Shown here piece by piece: positions 21,379-30,168 of a stretch of DNA of 64,000 nt (its first letter is position 1; every line of letters starts with the position of its first letter). The stretch comes from an uncultured Trueperaceae bacterium (lineage in GTDB: Bacteria > Deinococcota > Deinococci > Deinococcales > Trueperaceae): the NCBI GenBank assembly GCA_963727505.1, contig CAVSGP010000005.1:128001-192000 (forward strand). Reading direction: 5' to 3'. Both the position numbers and the translations under genes were made by a program. The notes below the pieces were generated by a model. That model worked only from the letters and a program-made list of their open reading frames with translations. It was not told the DNA's origin and searched no databases.

Positions 21379-22015
21379 GGAGCCTTCTTTCCAGATTCTG
21401 GCTGAACTTGGAGAGCGGGAAGCAGAGCACGAAGTAGATCAAGGCGACCGCAATGAACGTCGACAGCGGACGAAAGGTCGCGTTGGCGATGAGCTGGCCC
21501 TCCCGGGTCAGCTCGACCATGCTGATCAGCGAGGCGACCGAGGTGTTCTTGATGAGTTGAACCAAGAAGCCGACCGTGGGCGGCAGCGAGATGCGGAAGG
21601 CTTGGGGCAGGATGATGTGCCGAAGTTGCTGCCAACGGGTCATCGCAAGTGACTCGGAGGCCTCCCACTGGGCGCGCGGGATGGAGTCGATGCACCCGCG
21701 CCAGATCTCGCCAAGGTAGGCCGAGCTGAAGATGGTCAAGGCGATGGAGGCGGCCAGAAGCGGAGGCACGTCGATACCAATGAGCGCGACACCGAAGTAG
21801 GCCACGAACAGCAGGATCAAGACCGGGGTGCCCTGTATGACCTCGATGTACGCTGCCGTGACGCCGCGGAGGACGGGCGAGCGGTCGGTGCGCAGGAGCG
21901 CCACCGCGAACCCCGCGACCCCTCCGACCGCGAACGCCAGCGCGGACAGCAGAACCGTCCAGCGGGCAGCGAGCAGCAACAGCGTAAGGGCGTGCCAGCC
22001 GAACTGTCCGAACAT
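21359..22015 (-). CDS. Polar amino-acid ABC transporter permease
   Basis: IQGTPVL, AYLGEIWRG, LPQA, IKNTSV. Confidence 0.9.
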   Translation of the reverse strand: MFGQFGWHALTLLLLAARWTVLLSALAFAVGGVAGFAVALLRTDRSPVLRGVTAAYIEVIQGTPVLILLFVAYFGVALIGIDVPPLLAASIALTIFSSAYLGEIWRGCIDSIPRAQWEASESLAMTRWQQLRHIILPQAFRISLPPTVGFLVQLIKNTSVASLISMVELTREGQLIANATFRPLSTFIAVALIYFVLCFPLSKFSQNLERRLHVGRQS

Positions 22016-22755
22016 CAGGCGTCCCCTCCGCTCGTCCACAGTCGCCGGAACGGCTTCAGTGGCGCGAAGCTCAGCGCGGGTCTCGTGCGGAGTCGGCGCC
22101 AGCGCTTGAACGAGGCATAGCCGATGGCCTGGAAGGCGGCCTTCATCAGCAGTGTGATCAGCACGTAGAGCACACCCACGACCGCGTAGATCTCGAAGCT
22201 GCGGAAGGTGAGCGAGTCGAGGAGCTGCGCCACGCCGGTCAACTCCCCCACAGAAATTGCGGAGAGCAGACTGGAGGCCAGCATCATCAGAATGAACTGG
22301 CTCGTCAGCGAGGGGTAGACCGCCTCGATAGCGGGGGGCAGCACCACGTGGCGAAGGATCTGCAGTCGGCTCATGCCGAGCGCCGCACCAGCCTCGAGCT
22401 GGAGGCGATGGACCGCTTCCATGCCGGCTCGCACGATCTCGGCAGCGTACGCACCGAGGTTCGCCACCATCGCCACCAGACCGGCTTCGACCGCGGTGAG
22501 CCTAATGCCAACGGTGGGCAGGGCGAAGTAGACGATGAAGAGCTGGACCAGGAAGGGGGTGTTCCGCACGGCCTCGACATAGATGGAGATCAGCGTGCGC
22601 ACCGGCCTGGGCCCGCTGTTTCGCAGGGCTGCGCAGGTCACACCCAATGCGAAGCCCAGCGCGATGGCGACAGATGAGATCGTGAGCGTGAGAAGGGCGC
22701 CCGCGAGCAGCTTGGGAAAATAGTGGATGACCGGGGCGAAGTTGAACTGATACAC
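22015..22755 (-). CDS. Polar amino-acid ABC transporter permease
   Basis: VRNTPFLVQLF, AYAAEIVRAG. Confidence 0.9.
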   Translation of the reverse strand: MYQFNFAPVIHYFPKLLAGALLTLTISSVAIALGFALGVTCAALRNSGPRPVRTLISIYVEAVRNTPFLVQLFIVYFALPTVGIRLTAVEAGLVAMVANLGAYAAEIVRAGMEAVHRLQLEAGAALGMSRLQILRHVVLPPAIEAVYPSLTSQFILMMLASSLLSAISVGELTGVAQLLDSLTFRSFEIYAVVGVLYVLITLLMKAAFQAIGYASFKRWRRLRTRPALSFAPLKPFRRLWTSGGDA

Positions 22756-22849
22756 CGTCTGGCTCCGTAGCTCGGGCGCGTTGTGCGCGGCGCCTCAGAG
22801 GGGCAGGTGTGGGCGCGCGAGGGCGCCCACACCAGGGTGCGACCCGTGC

Positions 22850-23659
22850 CTAGAAGACTGGCAGGTCGGGAAGCGGAGTGCCGATCCACTTCTCGCTGAT
22901 GGCGTTGAGCTTGCCGTTCAGCTTGATGTTGTAGAGGAAGTCGTTGATCCATTGATGCAACTGGAAGGCATCGCTGCGCACCGCGATCGAGTTGGGCTGC
23001 GTCGAGAACGCGAACTTGATCTCGTAGTTGTCGCCTTGGTTGCGCTTCGTGAGTATGTCGTTGGCGGTGATGTTGGGAATTGCGATAGCGTCGACTTGCC
23101 CGCTGAAGAGCGCCTGCGCGGCCGTGGCGTCGTCCTGGAAGCGGACGATCTTCGTGCCCTTGACGGCGAGCCGGGTTAGCTCCACGTCCTGCGGGCTGCC
23201 GCGCGGCACGCCGATGCTCTTACCCGCCATGTCCTTCAGGCTCGACTCCTGCGCCGCCGTGGGAGCCAGGATGACCTGCTGGAAGGCGCTGTACGGCATG
23301 GTGAACATGACGCTCTTGGCGCGCTCGGGGGTGGGGGCGAGGGTCGCAACCAGGATGTCGACCTTGCCCGAGATCAGGGCCGGGATGCGCGCGGGGGGCG
23401 TGAGCGGGACGATCTTGGCCTTGACGCCGAGGTCCTGGGCCAGGAGGTTGGCGACGTCGACGTCGTAGCCCACGGTGTTGCCTTTGGGGTCGATGGAGCC
23501 GAACGGAGGGACGCCCGTCACCACCCCAATGGTGACCTCGCCCTTCTTCGTGATCTGGTCGATCGACTGAGCGCTGGCGGCGCCGGCCACCGCCGCCACC
23601 AGGAGCAAGGACGCCAGGATCCTGGCTGCAGACTTCGGGATTCGTCGGATGTGCCTCAT
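22850..23659 (-). CDS. Polar amino-acid ABC transporter substrate-binding protein (family 3)
   Basis: Signal peptide, PPFG, GYDVD, RIPALISGKVD, TPERAK. Confidence 0.9.
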   Translation of the reverse strand: MRHIRRIPKSAARILASLLLVAAVAGAASAQSIDQITKKGEVTIGVVTGVPPFGSIDPKGNTVGYDVDVANLLAQDLGVKAKIVPLTPPARIPALISGKVDILVATLAPTPERAKSVMFTMPYSAFQQVILAPTAAQESSLKDMAGKSIGVPRGSPQDVELTRLAVKGTKIVRFQDDATAAQALFSGQVDAIAIPNITANDILTKRNQGDNYEIKFAFSTQPNSIAVRSDAFQLHQWINDFLYNIKLNGKLNAISEKWIGTPLPDLPVF

Positions 23660-23723
23660 GGAGTCGCCTCGAACACCTTCTTGGCCCGCCTTCGCATGCG
23701 CCCATACCCTGTGGGGGACAGTG

Positions 23724-23737
23724 TTAGATCGATCCAA
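23724..23737. promoter_or_regulatory. Putative LacI-type operator (site 2)
   Basis: TTAGATCGATCCAA, near-palindrome with a central CG, in the leader of the operon that encodes the LacI. Confidence 0.7.
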
Positions 23738-23782
23738 TGAAGCACGATAGGGCGCACCGGGCGGTCAACGGCTGGCAATTCA

Positions 23783-23796
23783 TTAAATCGATCTAA
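23783..23796. promoter_or_regulatory. Putative LacI-type operator (site 1, at the predicted TSS)
   Basis: TTAAATCGATCTAA; the consensus with site 2 is the perfect palindrome TTAGATCGATCTAA. Confidence 0.7.
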
Positions 23797-23801
23797 AACC
23801 A

Positions 23802-23830
23802 ACGTTACGCCCCGAACCGGGAGCCGTCAA
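23802..23830 (-). promoter_or_regulatory. Sigma70-type promoter of the amino-acid ABC/LacI operon
   Basis: TTGACG-17 bp-TAACGT on the - strand, immediately upstream of operator site 1. Confidence 0.6.
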
Positions 23831-23879
23831 CCCCCGATTCAAGAGCGTGATGGGGCGCGTGGGCTGCCGGCGCGGCGCC

Positions 23880-26168
23880 TCAGTGGCAGCTGGCGCTGCC
23901 GGCGTCGCCGTAGCTCTTGCCCGCCTCAGGCACGAATTGCCAGTCGTAGCTCGTCGCCTTCAGGGTGAGCTCGAGCACCCCGTAGGTGTTGTCGTTGTGC
24001 GCCAGGCTGTTGGCGATGGGGGTGCCGATCGAGTAGTGCGTCTTGCCGCCCGTCCCCACCACGAACTGCACCACGCCATGGGCCGCATCGAGGGCGCCGT
24101 GCGCATCTTGCGGCGCGAAGCGCTCGTAGTCGTGATCGTGCCCGGACAGCACGACGTCGGCGCCGCCGTCGACCAGCGCCTGCCAGAGGGCCGTCACCGA
24201 GCTGTTGCTGCCGTGGTTGCCCGAGCTGTAGCGCGGGTGGTGCCAGTAGGCCAGCGTGCAGGCCGCCGGGTGGGCCGCCAGGTCTGCCTGCAGCCACTGC
24301 TCCTGGGGCGAGCCCGCACCGCAACCGCCGGCATCGCTGCAGTTGGAATTGAGCGATATGAGGTGCCAGGCGCCGAGGTCGTAGCTGTAGTAGCCCTTGG
24401 ACGGGTCCCCCGCCGCCGAGCCGAAGTAGCCGAAGTAACCGCTGGCGCCGCTGGTGTGATACTCGTGGTTGCCGGGCGACGGCTCGGTGATGCTCTTCAG
24501 CCGTCCCCAGGTGGGATCGTAGGAGGCCTGGAAGGCGCTCAGCACGCCGTCTTCGTACTGGTTGTCGCCCAGTGTCAGTACCCGGTCGGGCGCGATGGAC
24601 ACCAGCAGATCCGAGGTGGCCTTCATGTGGCAGGCGCTGCTCGAGCCTGCGCCCCCGTTGTAGTTGCCGTCGCCGGGATCGCAGGCGATGTCGCCGGCCG
24701 CCGCGATGGTGACGGTGCCGCCACCGCCCGAGGGCGCGCTCACGATCACCGTGGCGGTCGCGCTCTTGGAGCTATCGGCGTGGCTGGTCGCGCTGACGTG
24801 GTAGGTGCCGGCCGCTCCCGGCGCCGTGTAGGTCACGGTCGCGCCCGTGCCGCTCACGCTGCCCCCGTCCGTCGACCAGGTCACGCTGGTGTCCGTGGCG
24901 TTGCTGACCGTCGCGGTGAAGTCGGTGCCGCCGCCGGTCGTGAGGCTGGCGCTGGCCGGCGCGATCGAGATGCTCACCGAGGGTGTTGTGGGTGGCGGTG
25001 CCTGACCGAGGAAGACATCCACCCAGTGCCGGGTCCGGTCCAGGTACGCCATCGGCGCGTTGGCCTCCGTGGCGCCGTAGGCGCCCACGTAGTCGCTGTA
25101 GCTGTAGCCGGAGATGGTCTTGCTCACGGCCGGCTCGATCTGGGTCCCTTCGTGCCACTCGTTGAACGAGGTGATGGTGATCCAGGGCGCGCCCGAGTCG
25201 ATGGCATCCTGCCAGAACGTGTCGTAGCGCTGACCGCTGCCGCGCGACACGTACCGGTTGCTCCCCGCGATGGCGCGGCGCTCGTCGTAGCCGGGGCCTA
25301 CGCTCGGTGCGAAGATGCCGCCGCTGTTGGCGATGACCGGCGCGTAGTTGAGGAACGAGCTGGGATCGACCGCGTAGGCGTCGTAGGTGTACACGCCGTC
25401 GAAGTGCGCGTCGTCGATGGGATTGGGCGAGACTCGCTGGCCCAGTACGAAGGCGTCGTTGGCGCTGCCGTGGAGCCCGTCCATGGCGCTCCTCCATTGG
25501 GCAAGCGTGCCCGACGCCAGCACGTCGAAGAGGTAGAACACACCGCGCGGCGCGGTGCTGGGGCCGTAGCTGGTGGGGAGCGACACCCGGTAGAACGCCG
25601 GCGACGAACCGTAGTGGTCGTAGAGGTAGGCGATGTCGGCGACGACCGAGGAGGGCGTGCGGCCGCTGTACGGCTCGATGTGGAACGCCACTTTCACGCC
25701 GTGGGCCGCGGCCGCGCTCAGAACCGCCGGCATGTCCTGGTCCTCCCACGAACCCTGGCCCCACCAGCTCACGATGGCCACGCCGATGCCGGCGTCCGCC
25801 ATCCACTGCATCTGCTGTCCGAGCGTGGTCGCGTTGGTGCTGCTGTAGGGTCCGAGCTCCGGGTAGAAGTTGCTGCCGATGTCGTCCGGCGGGGTGTGGT
25901 TGTTCTGTTGCCAGTGGCGCCAGCCGGCACCGTTGGTGCCGGGCTTGCCGGCGTCGTTCGCGGGGTTGCCGTACCAGGGGTAGAAGAAGACCTGGACCGC
26001 CGTGGTGGTCGAGCCGCCCGAGCCGCTGCCGGCAGCGCCGGGCGCGGTAGTGCAGCCGCCCACCAGCGTGAGCACCAGAGCGGCGATCAGCGCCACGAAC
26101 GCCCGCCGCCTCGAGAGCGTTTCATGCCTGGAGGTCCTGCCCTGTGTTCGCATCCGCCATGCTCCCAT
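23880..26168 (-). CDS. Lipoprotein fusion: GH99-like endo-alpha-mannosidase/mannanase + Ig-like domain + calcineurin-like metallophosphoesterase
   Basis: SRRRAF...LVGGC signal. GH99 motifs FFYPWYG, FYPELGPYSS, FHIEPY, PSVGPGY, ITSFNEWHEGTQIEP. Ig-like VSISIAPASASL...VTWS. MPE motifs AAGD, LGDNQY, PGNHEY, WHHP, GHDHDYER. Confidence 0.85.
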   Translation of the reverse strand: MGAWRMRTQGRTSRHETLSRRRAFVALIAALVLTLVGGCTTAPGAAGSGSGGSTTTAVQVFFYPWYGNPANDAGKPGTNGAGWRHWQQNNHTPPDDIGSNFYPELGPYSSTNATTLGQQMQWMADAGIGVAIVSWWGQGSWEDQDMPAVLSAAAAHGVKVAFHIEPYSGRTPSSVVADIAYLYDHYGSSPAFYRVSLPTSYGPSTAPRGVFYLFDVLASGTLAQWRSAMDGLHGSANDAFVLGQRVSPNPIDDAHFDGVYTYDAYAVDPSSFLNYAPVIANSGGIFAPSVGPGYDERRAIAGSNRYVSRGSGQRYDTFWQDAIDSGAPWITITSFNEWHEGTQIEPAVSKTISGYSYSDYVGAYGATEANAPMAYLDRTRHWVDVFLGQAPPPTTPSVSISIAPASASLTTGGGTDFTATVSNATDTSVTWSTDGGSVSGTGATVTYTAPGAAGTYHVSATSHADSSKSATATVIVSAPSGGGGTVTIAAAGDIACDPGDGNYNGGAGSSSACHMKATSDLLVSIAPDRVLTLGDNQYEDGVLSAFQASYDPTWGRLKSITEPSPGNHEYHTSGASGYFGYFGSAAGDPSKGYYSYDLGAWHLISLNSNCSDAGGCGAGSPQEQWLQADLAAHPAACTLAYWHHPRYSSGNHGSNSSVTALWQALVDGGADVVLSGHDHDYERFAPQDAHGALDAAHGVVQFVVGTGGKTHYSIGTPIANSLAHNDNTYGVLELTLKATSYDWQFVPEAGKSYGDAGSASCH

Positions 26169-26628
26169 CGTCCACCACTCCGACCGGCCAGGTGCACGAA
26201 CGTCACGTTCGTTCGGGGATCGGGGTCACGACGTATGGGAAGGGAAGGGTCGCCCCGGCCGTTCGCGCCACTCGCTCCACCCGCTCCAGGCGCCCGAGAT
26301 GTTCGGAACGGGTCTCATCGCTTCCGGGGACGAGATCGCTCTCGCCGATACGAAGCTAGGCCCGCGCCGGACGTGAACGATGAGAAATCTAAACGCCGGG
26401 GGTCGACGGGCGTTACGGCGTCGCGTGCAGGTCGCAATTCCGACGGCTGCCCCGAGTGCCGTCGATGAGGGTGTGGCAAGCGCCACATGGCGCTTCGCCT
26501 TCGGCCGTCAGCCGCCTTGCTGGTCGCCCCCGAGCGGCCCCGACTTGAGCTTGGTGATGGGAAGGGCGTCGGGTTCTCCGCCGTGCTCGGCGACCGTGCC
26601 GGGGTTGGTCGTGCTCGTTCGGGAGCTC

Positions 26629-27099
26629 CTAGGCGAACTCGGGCCGCGTGTGCGTGTCGGGGGAGCCGTAGAGGCGCTGTCGAGCGGCCCTCAGGGCTTC
26701 GGCCGCCTGCTCGAGGCCGCGCGCGTGTCCCAGCGCCAGCCGTTCGAGCTCGTGCTCGATGGCGGATTCCAGCTCGCGAGCGCGCCGTTGGTAGTGCTCG
26801 CTGGAGGCGAAGTGCTGTGTCGCCTTCAACGTGTCACCGACCGAGAGGGCGTCTTCGCCGACGTGGGTTTCGGCCAGGGCCCGGTCCCGGAGCTTGGACA
26901 GCCGGACGTAGCGGGTCACGAGGCGCTCGAAATCGAGCGGCGCTCCCGGCGCCTGGGCCGCTTCCATCTTGCCGTTGTCCACACGTTGCGCGGGGTCCTG
27001 GCCGGTTGCCGGCGGCCGCCGGAACCACGGCCTGGGGCCGGGGCGGAGAACACGCCGTAGGCTGGCGGGATCTGGATCGTGCTTGGAAGGTTGCTTCAT
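26629..27099 (-). CDS. Hypothetical helical protein
   Basis: GAGG RBS before ATG 27099, coding-like codon usage, consensus promoter upstream. Confidence 0.6.
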   Translation of the reverse strand: MKQPSKHDPDPASLRRVLRPGPRPWFRRPPATGQDPAQRVDNGKMEAAQAPGAPLDFERLVTRYVRLSKLRDRALAETHVGEDALSVGDTLKATQHFASSEHYQRRARELESAIEHELERLALGHARGLEQAAEALRAARQRLYGSPDTHTRPEFA

Positions 27100-27191
27100 G
27101 GGAACCTCGGTTCCGAACGCGCGCATGCGCGGGAGACTCGTGTTGGTGTGGGGAGCGGGCGCCGCGATGCGGACCCGGGCCCGACAGCCGG

Positions 27192-27220
27192 AGCATAGGG
27201 GAGGGGTTGGGGGGTGTCAA
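27192..27220 (-). promoter_or_regulatory. Near-consensus sigma70 promoter for the hypothetical gene 26629-27099
   Basis: TTGACA-17 bp-TATGCT. Confidence 0.65.
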
Positions 27221-27410
27221 CCGCAAGCTGGACAGTTGTCAAACTTCATGATGACAGCCGTTTCGATATCGTCGTGGAGGGGATGTGGTGTGAGGATGAG
27301 GGGTGCATGGGCTTCATGCTCGTCTAACATCGAGCGCTGCAGGCATGGCGACGTTTTCGTCGCTTGCCCGCCGGACCACCCCGAAGGCGCTGTCGACACG
27401 CGCCACCCTG

Positions 27411-30167
27411 TCAGACCTCGGCGTCGCCGTCCTCGAGCAGCTCGACGTAGCCTTCGTCGCCGTGGACGCGCACCCGCTGGCCGGTGACGATGCGCGTCGT
27501 GGCGCCCTCCACACCGACGACGGCGGGCAGGCCGTACTCGCGCGCCACGACCGAACCGTGGGTCATGAGGCCGCCCACCTCCATCACCAGGCCGGCGGCC
27601 TGCGTGAACAGCGGTGTCCAGCCCGGGTCGGTAAAGGGTGCCACCAGGATCTCGCCCGGTTGCAGGGCGGCGTGGGCGGGGTCGAGCACCACGCGCGCGC
27701 GTCCCTCCACTACGCCTGGCGACACCGCGCTTCCCGCCAGGGCGCCCGGTGGCAGGTCGCCTGAGTGGTGCTTCAACGTGGGCACGAGCCCGTCGCTGGT
27801 CACGAGCCGCGGCGGGACCAGGCGGGCGTAGCGCTCCTGGTCGCGTTTGCGTTGCTCGACCGTGGATCGAAGGTCGCCGGCGGCTGGCGGGGGAGCATGG
27901 GCCGATGCCGAGCCCGGGCCCGGGGGATCCCCTGCCAGCGCGGCCTCGAGCTCCGGGAACGTCAGCCACCACACGTCGTCGGCGTGTTCCAGCCTGCCGG
28001 CCCGCACGAGCGAGGCCCCTGCCGCGAGCAGGATCGGGCGCACGCGTTCGAGGGTCTGCACCAGCAGGAACTTGGGGTGCTCACGTAGCCCTGGCAGGAT
28101 GCGCGCCGCACGCGCCAGGCGCGCCACCACCGGCCCACGCAGCCAGCCCCAGGGCCCGCGGCGGGAGGCGCGCGCCAGCCGGGTGACGGCCTCGTCCCCG
28201 GTCCGGGCGAGGGCGGCGTGATGCGCGCGGTGGCTGCCGCCCTGCTCGTGCAGGAGGTTCGCGCTCACCATGCCCAGCAAGGAGGCGGCATCGTCGCGCC
28301 AGCGCGGCCGGGCGATGTCGATCTCCGCGGGCCCGCGCATGCCGTAGTCGTCCAGGAAGGCGGCGAACGCCGAGCCGAAGGCGTCGCCGCCCGGGAGGCC
28401 GGCGGCGCGTTCGAGCCGCTCGTCGGCACTCGCATCCGAGCGGGTGAGCTCCGCCACCAGCTCGGGGTGGCCGCGGGCGGCGTCCGCCAGGTCGCCGACC
28501 CGCAGGTCCATCTCGGTGGTGACGTTGTGCGACAGGCCGCGCGCCACTGCCGCCACGTCCTCCGCGTGTCCGGCCGGCGCCCAGCGCTTCAGCAGGTGAT
28601 GACCCACGATGCCGCCGGCGATGAAGGGCGGCAGTTTCCAGGCACCCTCCATGAACACCGTGGTGAGCACGTGCCGCGCGGACCGCAGGCGATCGAGCCC
28701 CGCCGGAGCGGCCTCGAGCCGGGCATCGGCGCGCTCCAGGAAGGCCTCGACGCTCCGCCTGGCCGTCTTCGGCGCCGCGTCGAGCGGCCGCCACGTCAAC
28801 CACGCCAGTGCCCCGTACGCCACCGGCGCGAAGGTCCGGCGCATCGCGCCCCAACTCGTGCGCTCGCCATGCCGTTGGAACGACGGTTTCGAAGCGAGGA
28901 TGCGCAGGGCGTCGGGCGCGAGTGGGTCGGCGTTGGCCAATACCGTGGGGATGGCGCGCCGACCGAGCGGGTTGCGCAGCGTCGGTGACAGGTCGAGGTA
29001 CATGCGGTCGCCGGCGATCGCCAGGTAGGGGTTCTCCCCGTCGCCCGGCCTTCCGAAGGGCAGCATCAGCCGCCACAGCGACAGACCCATCGGCGACATC
29101 GGCTGGAGCAGGCCCTGGGCGTGGGCGAAGCTGAAGTAGAGGTGCAGGCCGCCATCGGTCGGGCGCGGTTCGGGCAGCGGGTAGAGCGAGGTGATGGGCC
29201 TGGCCTGCAAGGCGTAGAGCGCGCCGTCGGCGTAGGCCCACTCGACGTCCTGGGGCGTTCCGAAGTGCGACTCGATGCGCTCGCCGAGTTCCGCCAACTC
29301 CAGGACCCGGGCATCGTCGAGTGACGGGGCTCCGCTCTCCCCGTCCTGCAGGGCCCGCCGCTCGACCCCTCCCCCGGCCGCCGGCGCGATCTTGAGGCTC
29401 TTGTCGGCGACGTGGCGCTCCACGATCGTGTTGTCGCGGCGGTCGACGCGGAAGCGGTCGGCCGAGACGACGCCGGACACCAGCGCCTCGCCCAGCCCGA
29501 AGCCGGCGTCGATGACGGTGGTACGCCGGTCGCCGGAGGCCGGATCGGCGGTGAACAGGATGCCGGCGACATCGGCGTCGACCATCCGTTGCACGATCAC
29601 GGCCAGCGCGACCTCGCGGTGGTCGAAGCCGTTGCGCGCGCGATAGAGGATGGCCCGCTCGGTGAACAGCGATGCCCAGCAACGACGCACCGCGTCGAGC
29701 AGCGCGTCCTCTCCACGAACGTTGAGGTAGGTGTCCTGTTGGCCCGCGAACGACGCGCCCGGCAGGTCCTCGGCCGTGGCGCTCGAGCGCACGGCGTAGG
29801 CGTGCTCGGCGCCCGCGCGGCGCCAGGCAGCCGCGATCTCGCGCGCGAGATCGTCGGGCACCGGGGTGGCCTCCAGGGCGTTTCGCAGGCGCTCGCCCAC
29901 GGCGCGCGCGCCGCCGGCGTCGTTCGGTTCGAGCGCCGCCAGCTCGTCGAGCGCGGCGCCCGCCTCGGGAGCCTCGGTCAGGAACGCCCGGTACGCCTCG
30001 GTCGTGACGCAGAATCCCGGCGGGACCGGGAACCCGGCGCGCGTCAGCTCGCCCAGGTTGGCGCCCTTGCCGCCGGCGCGTGCCAGGTCGCCGGCGCCGA
30101 GGGCGCCGAGCTCGACCACGCGCGGCACACTGTTCCCGGGCGGGGTCGGCGTACCGTCGTAGGCCAT
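27411..30167 (-). CDS. Rifampin phosphotransferase-like PEP-synthase/PPDK-family protein
   Basis: N-terminal ATP-grasp (GGKGANL, VRSSATAED, SFAGQQDTYL, DVEWA, LQARPIT); RPH-like middle domain (NVTTEM, YGMRGPAEIDIARPRW, REHPKF); C-terminal phospho-His domain (TDPGWTPLF, GGLMTHGSVVAREYG); no PEP-binding TIM barrel. Confidence 0.85.
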   Translation of the reverse strand: MAYDGTPTPPGNSVPRVVELGALGAGDLARAGGKGANLGELTRAGFPVPPGFCVTTEAYRAFLTEAPEAGAALDELAALEPNDAGGARAVGERLRNALEATPVPDDLAREIAAAWRRAGAEHAYAVRSSATAEDLPGASFAGQQDTYLNVRGEDALLDAVRRCWASLFTERAILYRARNGFDHREVALAVIVQRMVDADVAGILFTADPASGDRRTTVIDAGFGLGEALVSGVVSADRFRVDRRDNTIVERHVADKSLKIAPAAGGGVERRALQDGESGAPSLDDARVLELAELGERIESHFGTPQDVEWAYADGALYALQARPITSLYPLPEPRPTDGGLHLYFSFAHAQGLLQPMSPMGLSLWRLMLPFGRPGDGENPYLAIAGDRMYLDLSPTLRNPLGRRAIPTVLANADPLAPDALRILASKPSFQRHGERTSWGAMRRTFAPVAYGALAWLTWRPLDAAPKTARRSVEAFLERADARLEAAPAGLDRLRSARHVLTTVFMEGAWKLPPFIAGGIVGHHLLKRWAPAGHAEDVAAVARGLSHNVTTEMDLRVGDLADAARGHPELVAELTRSDASADERLERAAGLPGGDAFGSAFAAFLDDYGMRGPAEIDIARPRWRDDAASLLGMVSANLLHEQGGSHRAHHAALARTGDEAVTRLARASRRGPWGWLRGPVVARLARAARILPGLREHPKFLLVQTLERVRPILLAAGASLVRAGRLEHADDVWWLTFPELEAALAGDPPGPGSASAHAPPPAAGDLRSTVEQRKRDQERYARLVPPRLVTSDGLVPTLKHHSGDLPPGALAGSAVSPGVVEGRARVVLDPAHAALQPGEILVAPFTDPGWTPLFTQAAGLVMEVGGLMTHGSVVAREYGLPAVVGVEGATTRIVTGQRVRVHGDEGYVELLEDGDAEV

Positions 30168-30168
30168 G

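Noticed and set aside
18649..23700. Genomic island or mobile element boundaries around the seemingly more AT-leaning LacI operon
   Set aside because: The compositional shift is only an impression by eye; no integrase, transposase, tRNA or flanking direct repeats were found.
26196..26212. LexA/Cheo box (CGAAC-N4-GTTCG)
   Set aside because: Spacing here is N5 and the downstream gene is not SOS-related.
23847..26468. Long antisense/shadow ORFs (e.g. 873 aa here; also 5174-6691, 13540-15426, 52815-54794)
   Set aside because: They mirror well-supported genes on the other strand, as expected in high-GC DNA; no recognisable motifs.
27411..30167. Annotation as true PEP synthase (ppsA)
   Set aside because: Lacks the C-terminal PEP/pyruvate-binding barrel; the His domain is C-terminal as in RPH.
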